Positions 38,922 through 48,419 of a DNA stretch of 64,000 nucleotides are shown here, one piece after another; the first letter of the stretch is position 1; each line of letters starts with the position of its first letter. Both the position numbers and the translations under genes were made by a program. Origin of the DNA: a bacterium (GTDB lineage Bacteria; Patescibacteriota; CPR2; UBA1875; JAJYID01); contig JAJYJC010000001.1 of the NCBI GenBank assembly GCA_021796415.1, positions 18,742 through 82,741 of the forward strand. The letters run 5' to 3'. A model generated the notes under the pieces. The model saw only the letters and a program-made list of their open reading frames with translations, was not told the origin of the DNA and did not search any database.

Positions 38922-39067
38922 TTTGTTTGTCAGCGTAAATCCGCGTATATTCCGCGTGAATCTGCGAATTATTTATTAGAGAACTTCAAAACGTTGGCTC
39001 AAGTATAGCAAATTCAAAGGTATATGTCAATGACATTTCTGCCCGCAATGGGACAGTTTCTTGGCAG

Positions 39068-40039
39068 CTAAATCTCGCTGATTATTTCAAACCCTTTGAA
39101 ACTCCCCGTGATTGCCAGGCCAATAATTTTGCCTTTTACGAGACCTTTTTGGCGAATCTTCTTAGCCGTTTCATTCAAAGTCGCTCCTGAGCCAACGGCA
39201 TCATCTATCAGAAGCACATTTTCATAAACCCCGCTATCTTCCACCACGATCGTTTCGCGGGCATTTGCCACCCTATCTTCAATTTTATTCAATGTCTTTT
39301 GCGGCACAATGATGGGAGTTTTGACCTTTGTGATTGAGAGCCTTCGCATGTCCAAACTCAAATGTTTTTCCAACTGCTTCATCAGCTGAAGTTCTCTTTT
39401 GACCGTCGGCGGAATAAATCCCACGCCGTCAATTTTATAGTCTTTAATCAGTTTCAAAATAGCGGGCTTCACCATATCTGCAATTTCATTGATCATTTGC
39501 CTATCCTGGCTTTGTTTTGCAAAAAGCAGCAGCTGCCCTAGCTTGGTTTTGCCAAATATTTCAAGGCTGTAAAAATCCAGATAGAAGACGCGATCGAGAG
39601 CTACATCGCGAAATGTAGATTTCATCTTGTACATGCCGTCAATCAGGCCGTTTTTTCTGTATTTTTCGTAGTATTTAAGCTTTGAGATATAAGTTTGCGC
39701 CATTTTTACCGTATCCAAACCTCGTTCTTGGCACCAATAAGCAAACCCTTCCCAGCCGCTCATCATTGCACCAAGCGGAGTAATATAGAGGAAATTCCTG
39801 TCAATAATCTTTTTAGCCGCTTCATCAATGGCAATGCCATCGGCCGTGAACTCAGCTTTTTGGGAAATAGAATAGAAAACCTTCGGCGGCTTGCCGGATT
39901 TAGTGATTTGACCGTTTTCAAGCAATTTTCTCAAAATCTTGTGCGTCGCCTGCCTGGAAATACCCAAATATTCCGTAAGTTCATTAACGGTTGTTTGATT
40001 TCTCTCAAGATGTTTAATTATTTTTTCTGAATTATTCAT
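39068..40039 (-). CDS. wHTH plus phosphoribosyltransferase-domain protein (PurR-like regulator)
   Basis: Has an N-terminal HTH (TVNELTEYLGISRQATHKILRKL) and a C-terminal PRTase motif (VLLIDDAVGSGATL). Confidence 0.4.
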   Translation of the reverse strand: MNNSEKIIKHLERNQTTVNELTEYLGISRQATHKILRKLLENGQITKSGKPPKVFYSISQKAEFTADGIAIDEAAKKIIDRNFLYITPLGAMMSGWEGFAYWCQERGLDTVKMAQTYISKLKYYEKYRKNGLIDGMYKMKSTFRDVALDRVFYLDFYSLEIFGKTKLGQLLLFAKQSQDRQMINEIADMVKPAILKLIKDYKIDGVGFIPPTVKRELQLMKQLEKHLSLDMRRLSITKVKTPIIVPQKTLNKIEDRVANARETIVVEDSGVYENVLLIDDAVGSGATLNETAKKIRQKGLVKGKIIGLAITGSFKGFEIISEI

Positions 40040-40124
40040 ATAAGCAACATTATATCATAGTTTACAGTTCACTGTAAACTGTAAACTTTTCAAATAAAAA
40101 ATATACTTTGTCTGTCATTCCGAG

Positions 40125-40167
40125 CGACTTCGCGGAACGACGAGTCGAGGAATCCCTTGAAAGATCA
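40125..40167. repeat. Hairpin repeat at the left border of the high-GC island
   Basis: gtcattccgagcgacttcgcggaacgacgagtcgaggaatccc. Confidence 0.7.
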
Positions 40168-40268
40168 TGTTATCTGATCTCCAACTTCTAATCTTTAACA
40201 AATGGAAAAGGCGGTTCCTTCAACTGAGTTTTATCTCAGCTCAAGTAACCGCCCGTTTTGGCTTTGGC

Positions 40269-41063
40269 TTAATTTGCCAGATCTAATCCGGCCTTTCGAA
40301 AAGCCCGCGCCATTGCGGTTTCTGTCTCTCCCTCCAGTGAAGAAACCGGGGTACCCAACACCGTGTCGGCAATATACCCGACTACGCGGTTGGGGTCGGC
40401 GCCCATAAAGAAGTCGGGGTCTCTCGAGACCTCCTCGAGATGGGCCTTCACCCTCGCTCGACCACACTGTAGGATGATGTGATCATCCAGACGATCGAGC
40501 GGAAGCCCCGCGACCTTGGCCATGAACTGACGAGTCAACTCCTCGTCGCCCCGGAAGGCAATGAAAAGCTCCCGTGGCAGACCATTCTCCTTCTCACCGG
40601 CATTGTCCGGTTTGTAGGAAATTATTTGTCCGCCATAGTCCCTCTCATCTACAAACTGGCTGGCGATATTCTCCGCCCAGCCAATTGGAGCAGAAACGAG
40701 GACCCAAGTTTCGCCACCCGATCCTCCGCTTGTAGAAGCGTCAGAGAGCTGGCGAACCTCGGACCCAAACTCGACATGGAAGCTCGGCCACCGCTTGGCA
40801 CCGGATCCGTTGCTATACTGCTGGACCAGCACCAGTTCCTTTTGAGGCTCGCCCTCGTAAGGAACCAGCACGACTCCTTCATCCACGATAGCCACATGGA
40901 CTTTATTCAAGTTGCCATCGGGCGCGGAAGTACTGGCAAGTAGTCCGGTGTTGTGCCGCGTCATCCCCGAATGGGGATTGAACGGAACTTGGCCATCGTT
41001 GACCGCAATCCCGTTCTCGACGCTGTTGCCACGGAGCGTGAGGGCGATATGTGTGGTTTTCAT
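40269..41063 (-). CDS. Hypothetical protein on the high-GC island (no recognisable domain)
   Basis: GC-rich codon usage. GGAGGTGA lies 6 nt before the ATG. Its start overlaps the stop of the upstream gene. Confidence 0.5.
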   Translation of the reverse strand: MKTTHIALTLRGNSVENGIAVNDGQVPFNPHSGMTRHNTGLLASTSAPDGNLNKVHVAIVDEGVVLVPYEGEPQKELVLVQQYSNGSGAKRWPSFHVEFGSEVRQLSDASTSGGSGGETWVLVSAPIGWAENIASQFVDERDYGGQIISYKPDNAGEKENGLPRELFIAFRGDEELTRQFMAKVAGLPLDRLDDHIILQCGRARVKAHLEEVSRDPDFFMGADPNRVVGYIADTVLGTPVSSLEGETETAMARAFRKAGLDLAN

Positions 41064-41578
41064 AGCCACTCACCTCCCCCCTGCTCGACCTTCTGCAAGG
41101 CCAAGCGAGCTTTCCGCTCCTCGGGGCTCTCCACCTGCCACTCTGTTCCGGTCCACATGTACCACGTGGAGGCGTACTTAGAGTTGAGGCGGAAAGTCGC
41201 GCCCGGCGCGACAATCGCGAGAATTTCCTCGCCGCTATTCGTCCGGCCCGCTTGCCCAAAGGCAATGGTGCCGGATAAAATAGCTTCGACGCCCTGTGCG
41301 TCAAAGATGCCATATGACCGGTAACGGTCGTAGCCGCCCACGGCGTTGATCACCGCGAGACACCGACCCTCGTCGTCCCAGTTACCGCGGACTAGGACAA
41401 CGCCATCATCCGTTTTTTTGACCCGAACATCAGGGCCCTCCCCGATAATGGGGATAATCCCTTCTTCGCGACCTCGACCAGCCTCTCCAAGCCGGACCTC
41501 TGACAACGGTCCGGCTTCGGTATCAAGCCCCAAGTGAGATGGGGCTGACCCCGGGTATTCTATCTGATAGAGCTTCAA
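41060..41578 (-). CDS. Hypothetical protein on the high-GC island
   Basis: AGGAGG precedes a TTG start. Coding sequence overlaps the downstream gene (translational coupling). Confidence 0.45.
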   Translation of the reverse strand: MKLYQIEYPGSAPSHLGLDTEAGPLSEVRLGEAGRGREEGIIPIIGEGPDVRVKKTDDGVVLVRGNWDDEGRCLAVINAVGGYDRYRSYGIFDAQGVEAILSGTIAFGQAGRTNSGEEILAIVAPGATFRLNSKYASTWYMWTGTEWQVESPEERKARLALQKVEQGGGEWL

Positions 41579-41993
41579 AACTCCTCCTTTGGTTGTATTT
41601 TTTTCAAATTGCCTGCATATGAGATTTCATATGCAAATTGTTTGATGAAAATTTTGGATTTGGGGAGGCACCGAAGTGCCTCCCCATTTGGCTTTTCGGG
41701 GCTTTTGTTTTTGAGCCGTCTCGGCATCAAGGCAGCTGCCTGACCGACTGCCACTCTTTAAAGCCCCTCTTGACTGATGAGGTCTCGCCCTCCTTAGAAA
41801 ACACCGCCATTTTTAGGCATTTTCTAAGGATGGGTCCCCTCTCTAGCTGTCAGTCGCGGCATCCCCAGCCACCATAATCATCACCTGCAACTCTCCGATG
41901 AGAGCCACATGGTGACTAGATGACCGCCTTCATTACTGAAGGCTTAACCCAGGGTGGGGTTACGGAGCTCCCGGCGGGTGCCCTGAACTCGCC

Positions 41994-42890
41994 TTAGAGC
42001 GAGTTCAGCTTCCCGAGCGCCTCATCCAGCCGTGAAGCCGGAATCGACACTCGGAAAGGCGCCCCCGAAGGCAGGCCGAAGACCTCGACCAAGCTCACGT
42101 CTTTGCGACGCGTAGCTATGGTTAGGTAGTCCTCGCCTGCCCGGAGGTTCTGCGACACCACCACCGCGAACGGAGCAAGGCCCTGACCGGCCAGCAAAAG
42201 CTGGGTCCGGTCATAGTTGCGCTCGCTCTCGCGAGCATCAACCACCGCCACATTACCGGTTACCTGGTAAGTGGCAGAAAGCCGCTCCGTCTCCGCCTGG
42301 ATCGCCGCATACCTTTCGGCGGCGGATTCCAGGACGGAGCGCTGATTCTCGTCGCCGAGGAGCCAGTAAAACGCGGCCTCGCGGACAGAATCGTCCGAAA
42401 GGTCGGCCTTACAGGCCCGCTCGATCAGGTCCGCTTTCTTCGAAAGCGAGCCCTGACGAGTGTCGGCCGCGGTGGCGTCAGCCGCCAAGGGTGTCCAGTT
42501 ATCCTCCTCGCAGAGGATGCTGGCACAGGAGAGAGCTTCTTCGTCAATGATGAATCTCTCATCATCATCGACAAGCCCCTCCCACCCATGGTGGTGGTCA
42601 TACCACCGGTAGAGCTTGTCGCCCAGGCGTTCGACGAAATCGAGCGTCTGCTGCGGATTACGGTTATTCACCGCAATATCCACAACAAACACCGCCTCGA
42701 CCTCCTCGACCTCGACCTTATCCAGCGTAAATGGCTGGACAAAAGTCACCAAGGTTTCAGCTTGGCCCCCAAATTCTTTCCAGGAGTCATGCCAATCCCT
42801 CGCGACCAGCACCGCCGAAACGATGCCGTCGAGGTCGCCGTGAGCGACGATGAGGGTACGACGCTGAATCGCACCCGCATCTCTTGCCAT
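41994..42890 (-). CDS. DHH-motif phosphoesterase-like protein on the high-GC island
   Basis: Contains LIVAHGDLDGIVSAVLV (DHH motif I-like) and YRWYDHHHGW (DHH motif III-like). There is a strong RBS (aaaggaggtgatatatATG). No DHHA1 GGGH motif was seen. Confidence 0.5.
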   Translation of the reverse strand: MARDAGAIQRRTLIVAHGDLDGIVSAVLVARDWHDSWKEFGGQAETLVTFVQPFTLDKVEVEEVEAVFVVDIAVNNRNPQQTLDFVERLGDKLYRWYDHHHGWEGLVDDDERFIIDEEALSCASILCEEDNWTPLAADATAADTRQGSLSKKADLIERACKADLSDDSVREAAFYWLLGDENQRSVLESAAERYAAIQAETERLSATYQVTGNVAVVDARESERNYDRTQLLLAGQGLAPFAVVVSQNLRAGEDYLTIATRRKDVSLVEVFGLPSGAPFRVSIPASRLDEALGKLNSL

Positions 42891-43099
42891 ATATATCACC
42901 TCCTTTAAAAAGGTGAGGCCCGATCATGCCGCTTATAAAACGCGGTTCTGTATCATGTCGGGATTGGTAATGGCTTCATAAATAAGAATTGATTCTCACT
43001 CACAAAGCCACTACCAAATCAATATGGCTTTTGTTTTCTAACTTTCTCTCAAATTACCTGCCCGCAAATGATTCACGAGCAAATTGTTTGATGAAATGA

Positions 43100-43222
43100 G
43101 ATTCTTCGTTACACTCAGAATGACACGTCTAGTTTGTTTCTTATTATTCAATTGTCAAATTGCGTTTTCTGGAACCCGGATTCTGGTCAAGCAACGTCAA
43201 ACGTTGTTATGCCAGAATGACG
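43100..43222. repeat. Two hairpin repeats at the right border of the high-GC island
   Basis: gattcttcgttacactcagaatgac sits at 43100-43124. ggattctggtcaagcaacgtcaaacgttgttatgccagaatgac sits at 43177-43222. Confidence 0.65.
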
Positions 43223-43737
43223 AATTATTTCTACTCTCCAGATCCTTGTGGACGAGTGAGCACAAAGCTTTTTTCATAGGCCTTACATTCACTTCTGCCT
43301 CCTACCCTCCACAAGTCATCTTGAGACTAGTTTTGGTCTTTCGATATACCTTTTAGACATCTATCAGCCGAGCCGTCTCCTCGGATCCGCACCTTCCTTA
43401 GTTCACCTCCATCGCGTAAAGCTATGGAAGTCAGTCGGACTGTTTGGATCACCCCGGTTCGGGCTTAACCGCTAAGCCATGCGGTGGCCGAAATCTATTA
43501 GGTAATGTGGTTCAATGTTCGTCAACCTTGACTAAAAGTCGTTTTGATTGGTTGATGTGCATATAGTACCACGGCGCTAACGCTCTGTCAATACTTTCTT
43601 GTCTTTTCATGTTTTCTTTTTCGTGCCTAGAATAGCAATTTCATACTGCTTTGTCAGAATGTACTTGACAGATATGTACGGGAAAAGTAAAATGGAAAAT
43701 GGAAAAGGTTATGTAAAACATTCAAAAGAAAAGGTAA

Positions 43738-44121
43738 ATGTCAGAAGAAAAAGGAATAATCAAAGAAGACTTCAGTGAATTCTTTCAAAAGAAGATTTAT
43801 CGATTCACTTTGGATTTAATTAAATTCTTGGAAGATCTTAAATATGATGCGACCGTAAAAGTTATACGAGATCAGCTTCTGAGAAGCGGGACAAGCATCG
43901 GAGCAAACCAAATGGAAGCACAATCCGCAAGCACTAGAAAGGATTTCACCAACTTTTACCATTATTCGCTTAAATCTGCCAACGAAAGCAAGTTCTGGCT
44001 TTATCTTTTGAGAGACACAGAGAAAGCAGATCCACAAAAAGTTGAAGCCCTTTTAAGTGAGTTAGGGGAGATATCAAAAATTCTAGGAAAATCAATCATA
44101 AACCTGAAGAAGCAAAAGTAA
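43738..44121 (+). CDS. Four-helix-bundle protein (23S rRNA intervening-sequence protein family)
   Basis: Contains SIGANQMEAQSASTRKDFTNFYHYSLKSANESKFWL. Confidence 0.65.
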   Translation: MSEEKGIIKEDFSEFFQKKIYRFTLDLIKFLEDLKYDATVKVIRDQLLRSGTSIGANQMEAQSASTRKDFTNFYHYSLKSANESKFWLYLLRDTEKADPQKVEALLSELGEISKILGKSIINLKKQK

Positions 44122-44166
44122 TGCATTTACATTTACCCTTTTACCTTTAACATTTAACATTGCCCT

Positions 44167-44922
44167 ATGAAAACTGATGTTTTGGAAAAAATCGGTTTAA
44201 ACTCAAACGAAAGCTACATATACAACATCCTGCTTACAAACGGAGAGCTGAACGCACCGGCCGTCGCCGAGAAGGCTCACTTGAAGATAACCAGGCAAAA
44301 TACCTACACCGTGCTCAAGTCACTGGTCAAGAAGGGATTGATAGAGGAGTTCGACAAGCGCAAAAAACTTACTTACCGCGTAGAGCATCCGCAAAAGCTG
44401 CTTGAAACAATAGAAAACCAGAAAAAAGAGCTTGAAGAGAACGAAAAAACGATCGAAGCGCTCATGCCCGAGATTATTTCTGACTACAATCTCGCCCACA
44501 ATAAGCCGGGAATCGTGTACTACGAGGGGTTAAGCGGCGTAAAGAAAATTTTCGAAGATGTGTATTCACCTGGTAAGGATGAGGTATGTGGCTGCGTGGA
44601 TCCCACGCTTTTTGATAAAAGCTTTGATATAGTCTTTAAGACCTTAGTTCCGCAAAGAATAAAAAATAAGCTTTTTTCTAGGGCAATCTTGACTGATTCC
44701 GCCTTTTCCAAGGCAATGCAAAAAAAGGATAATGAACAACACAGGAAAAGCATCCTAGTTGACCCCCAAAAATACCCCATAACAGCAGAAATAGATGTAT
44801 ATGAGGACAAGATAGCAATGATGGATATTTCTAAAGGAAAAAACTTTGTGGGTATAGTGATTGAGAATAAAGCTATTTCCGAAACCCTCCGCAGTATTTT
44901 TAAGTTAGCTATGAATGAGTAG
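44167..44922 (+). CDS. TrmB-like HTH transcriptional regulator
   Basis: Has an N-terminal wHTH (YIYNILLTNGELNAPAVAEKAHLKITRQNTYTVLKSLVKKGLI) and an extended C-terminal domain. Confidence 0.45.
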   Translation: MKTDVLEKIGLNSNESYIYNILLTNGELNAPAVAEKAHLKITRQNTYTVLKSLVKKGLIEEFDKRKKLTYRVEHPQKLLETIENQKKELEENEKTIEALMPEIISDYNLAHNKPGIVYYEGLSGVKKIFEDVYSPGKDEVCGCVDPTLFDKSFDIVFKTLVPQRIKNKLFSRAILTDSAFSKAMQKKDNEQHRKSILVDPQKYPITAEIDVYEDKIAMMDISKGKNFVGIVIENKAISETLRSIFKLAMNE

Positions 44923-47668
44923 GATATCCCCTACGAAAAGCCATTGACGAAGATGCTTCGCCTGTTTTTTGTGCAATAACGGTCATGCGAGGCCTACCGG
45001 CTTGAGTGCGCCATTCTGGCGCCATAAATGGATCCTCGGTAACAGCTCCTAAATCTTGGCCGCCTTGTACAAGCACGCCATTTAAACCATTTTGCGCATT
45101 AAGGACATGGAATCCATTTTCACGCAAAAAGTCCAAAAGTTCTAAGCGTGGATATAAATGAAAGTTTTTAGCTTGCGTACTTCCCCCTGAGGCAAACTCA
45201 ACTTCCATGGTGCCATAGGGTTTATCCGGATGTTCTTCATGATATTTTCTTGCTCCTTCTTCATAGCTACCTACCCCGCCTTCAAGCCAAGGGACATCGA
45301 GATAAAGTAAACCACCCTTCTTTAAAACTCTTGAATATTCTCTAAATGCTTTATTTTGCTCATCTCTGCCAAGCAGATCGTTGATTATTGACCAGTTATT
45401 TACCACGGCATCAACACTTTCGCTTGCAATCTGCTCTTTCATGTCTGTGATGCTACCCTTCTTATACTCGATATTTTCACCACCTAAATGATCAGATTGC
45501 AATGAATCTATTCCTATAACTTTTGCCGCAAGTCGCTCCTTTTTGGCAAATCGTGCCATAGGTTCAGTCATTCTAACCCCATCACCACAACCAGCATCCA
45601 GTATGACGCCCTTATGAGGAACTGCTCTTTTGACGAAATCAAAAAGCCTTGCCTGTTCCTTTTCCGTATCAGCAGTTGTTTCAGAGGCATCTTTGTTCAT
45701 CTCTTGATACTCGGTATAAAACTTATCCCTTGTTTCTCCGGTCAAAGAACTTGTTGCATTCTTCTCGCTTATAGCCTCATGTAGAGTTATGGCTTCCCTT
45801 AAAGTTCTGGGGATACTTGCTAAATTCGGATCCTTTGTTGTATAAACATCACATAAATAAAGTATTTTGTCGCTATTTTTCAATAAATCATTTGCGACTT
45901 TAGCCAAATCTTCAGGTCCATTTGGCATATCAAAATAAGCTCGCAAATACACCTGATATACTTTGAGGGCATTCTCAGGATTTATACCAAGTGCCTCAAA
46001 TGGATTTTCACTGTTATGCTTCCTTGCCACCTGCATTCTTTTTTCATAGGGAAGCGACCCGACTAAAATCTCCTTGGCCCTTCTCATAATGCCTTCGTAT
46101 AAATAGCTTAATTCCTTTTCGGTCATTCCTCCTCCAAGCATATCTACGTACTGGGATGCGAGATTATATACTTCGGTATACTCTTTAAATATTTTTGCAG
46201 CCAATGCAGGGTTTACTTCTGCAAGTGCTATCACGGCATCACTATTCTCAAGACCATATTCAACTGACAAAAAAGCGGTGAGGCCCTCTCTGCCAAAATC
46301 TCGAGCAAAACTGAGCAGTTCTGCCTCCTGCTTATCTCTCAGACCTTCATGCTTGTGCATATTCAGTGCAACAGAGGCCAAAGAACAAATTTCATGGATA
46401 TTGAATCCATAAATGTTTTCTTCTCCCATCTCCTGCGATAGTTTTGCGGCCAGATCAAGTCCATAAACAAAGTTCTCTGTAAGTTCCTTGAGTCTAAGTT
46501 GGTAGGCGTGTTCATTTTCATCGGCCCTCTGCGGGAAAAAGGATTCCGGTCTAAATCTTTCGATATTCATCTCTTCTTGCTTAATATAGTCAGTACCGGA
46601 CCTAGGCTTGTTATTCAGAGAAAAAATATGGGTCGGTTCAGTTCTATCTTTCATTCTTTCTAAAACAACCGCAATGTCGTCATTTACCTTTTGAACTTCT
46701 TTCCCCCTGAAAATTTCACCCTTCAAGACGTATCTTTTTGAATCAATCATGAATTGACCGTTTCCGGGAATTTCCTTTGATATTCTCCTTTTTTGGCCTC
46801 CTCTCTCCGAAAGTACCTGGAAATCCTCCTGAACTAACAAATGATTCTTCACAAGATCGGGCACAACCTTCTCAGCATCTGTTGAAATACCGACAATAGT
46901 CTGGCTGCCCATACCATAAGATTCAAAAAAATCATAAGATATCGGCCGCGGTTCGCTCGCGCCTTTACTCAAAACCATAAGATCACCCTCGGCATTCCTT
47001 TGTCCGGCGCCGTATCTGGGATGGAAGATAGTGTAAGCCATTCTAGCCTCCATATATGGAATTTTTTCTTTTGAGAAAGGGTAGTCTCCACCCGGCGAGC
47101 GAGACATTTCCCATGGTGCTATTTGAAACCTTGACCCGGCAATGGCATGCGGGCTAAATGCCTCCTTCTTGGTTTTAGGAATGTAAAACAATGGTTTCTC
47201 TTCTTTCAAACCCCTGCGCCAATCTTGCTTTGCAACAACACCACCTTCTCCTAATGCGGCAAAAAGGAATTCGTTTTTTGTTGGCGGTTGCGCAAAAAAA
47301 CCCTTGTCATTATGCGTATCTCTTTCTTTCTGCCTGTACCAATCTTCGATTCTATCTCTGTTCTCCAGCGGAGTATTTTCCAGGAATTGCAACCTATTTG
47401 AGGTACCGTTTTCCCTTTGTATAGCTCTCATTTTCTTATCACTGGTTTCCTTGAGCGCCTCCACATCTAAAACTTTGTATTCTTTGCCACCCTCTTTATG
47501 GATTTCAAGAAAACCTTCTTTTTCTAATGTCTCAAGCAGTACGTTGGCTTCACCTTGCTCAGATTGCTCTGCTTGACCGCCTCGAAGCAGAGTCAAGTTT
47601 GGACCTGACTCTGTAATTTCCGGGGTTATATGTCTTTCTGCATTTTCCATAAGCACATTGTAGCACAA
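44909..47668 (-). CDS. Large (919 aa) protein with a class I SAM-dependent methyltransferase domain near the C-terminus; function unknown
   Basis: Contains GVILDAGCGDGVRM (motif I) ...VVNNWSII...KKGGLLYL. The N-terminal ~600 aa carry no recognised motif. Confidence 0.6.
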   Translation of the reverse strand: MCYNVLMENAERHITPEITESGPNLTLLRGGQAEQSEQGEANVLLETLEKEGFLEIHKEGGKEYKVLDVEALKETSDKKMRAIQRENGTSNRLQFLENTPLENRDRIEDWYRQKERDTHNDKGFFAQPPTKNEFLFAALGEGGVVAKQDWRRGLKEEKPLFYIPKTKKEAFSPHAIAGSRFQIAPWEMSRSPGGDYPFSKEKIPYMEARMAYTIFHPRYGAGQRNAEGDLMVLSKGASEPRPISYDFFESYGMGSQTIVGISTDAEKVVPDLVKNHLLVQEDFQVLSERGGQKRRISKEIPGNGQFMIDSKRYVLKGEIFRGKEVQKVNDDIAVVLERMKDRTEPTHIFSLNNKPRSGTDYIKQEEMNIERFRPESFFPQRADENEHAYQLRLKELTENFVYGLDLAAKLSQEMGEENIYGFNIHEICSLASVALNMHKHEGLRDKQEAELLSFARDFGREGLTAFLSVEYGLENSDAVIALAEVNPALAAKIFKEYTEVYNLASQYVDMLGGGMTEKELSYLYEGIMRRAKEILVGSLPYEKRMQVARKHNSENPFEALGINPENALKVYQVYLRAYFDMPNGPEDLAKVANDLLKNSDKILYLCDVYTTKDPNLASIPRTLREAITLHEAISEKNATSSLTGETRDKFYTEYQEMNKDASETTADTEKEQARLFDFVKRAVPHKGVILDAGCGDGVRMTEPMARFAKKERLAAKVIGIDSLQSDHLGGENIEYKKGSITDMKEQIASESVDAVVNNWSIINDLLGRDEQNKAFREYSRVLKKGGLLYLDVPWLEGGVGSYEEGARKYHEEHPDKPYGTMEVEFASGGSTQAKNFHLYPRLELLDFLRENGFHVLNAQNGLNGVLVQGGQDLGAVTEDPFMAPEWRTQAGRPRMTVIAQKTGEASSSMAFRRGYPTHS

Positions 47669-47678
47669 GATAGAAGAT

Positions 47679-48287
47679 TTATTTTAGGATTTTGAGCTCG
47701 GCTTTTAGGGTTTTTAGGTCAAAAACGGCAAAACTGGCGCGGCCGAACTGGCCGGCTACTTCTCCGGGATTAATCAATTGGGTTTTGCCAATCTGTTCCT
47801 CCCAAGGAGTGTGAGTGTGGCCGTAGAATACGGTGTCGTATCGTTCGGACTCGGCTAATTCTTTAGCCTTTCGATTGTTATGGACATAGGCAATTTTACG
47901 CTTTTCAAGCACGACTTCGCCGAAATCCGGGGCAAAAACCACATTCTCCGGAAAGAGTCCACCACCCCTGTCATTCCCGCCCTCCTTTGTCATTCCGAGC
48001 GACTTCGCGGAGCAACAAGCCGAGGAATCCCTTTCGCCTTTATCAGTACCATCTGGGCAGGCGGATAAACTCCGGCGGGAATCCAGTCCATTTTTCAATT
48101 CAAAATCTAAGTTCCCCAAGTTTAAGTAAAGAATTTCAAATGACTTTGCCACTTCGCTCACTGTGTCTAAATCGCCAATATCCCCGCAGCAAAAGCCAAT
48201 TTTAACTCTTTCAGCTTTAATAATCTCCGCCGCTTCCCGCCAGCGCTCTAAGTTGTCATGCACATCGCTAAAAACCGCTATTTTCAT
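47679..48287 (-). CDS. YfcE-like metallophosphoesterase carrying an in-frame composite hairpin-repeat insertion
   Basis: Contains MKIAVFSDVHDN...CCGDIGD...GHTHTP. A roughly 45-aa insert LDSRRSLSA...GMTKEGGNDRGGG is encoded by repeats at 47970-48089. Confidence 0.75.
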   Translation of the reverse strand: MKIAVFSDVHDNLERWREAAEIIKAERVKIGFCCGDIGDLDTVSEVAKSFEILYLNLGNLDFELKNGLDSRRSLSACPDGTDKGERDSSACCSAKSLGMTKEGGNDRGGGLFPENVVFAPDFGEVVLEKRKIAYVHNNRKAKELAESERYDTVFYGHTHTPWEEQIGKTQLINPGEVAGQFGRASFAVFDLKTLKAELKILK

Positions 48288-48310
48288 AGCTTATATTATA
48301 CACTACCTCT

Positions 48311-48376
48311 GTCATTCTGAACTCGATTCAGAATCTATTAAATAAGGCCTGGATTCCGGATCAAGTCCGGAATGAC
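48311..48376. repeat. Composite hairpin repeat (two units)
   Basis: gtcattctgaactcgattcagaatc followed by ggattccggatcaagtccggaatgac. Confidence 0.7.
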
Positions 48377-48419
48377 AATATAAAAAGACCCTTGAGGTGG
48401 GTCTTTTTTATTTGAAGCT

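Noticed and set aside
43084-43356. 90-aa plus-strand ORF in the non-coding stretch right of the GC island
   Set aside because: It runs through hairpin repeats, has low-complexity content and lacks an RBS. It is probably non-coding.
43230-43560. tmRNA, RNase P RNA or SRP RNA
   Set aside because: I compared the region by eye with conserved signatures: the tmRNA tRNA-like ends, the RNase P P4 strands and their roughly 300-nt spacing, and the SRP domain IV GGAAG-AGCAG motif. None matched convincingly, so I left it as an unexplained possible ncRNA.
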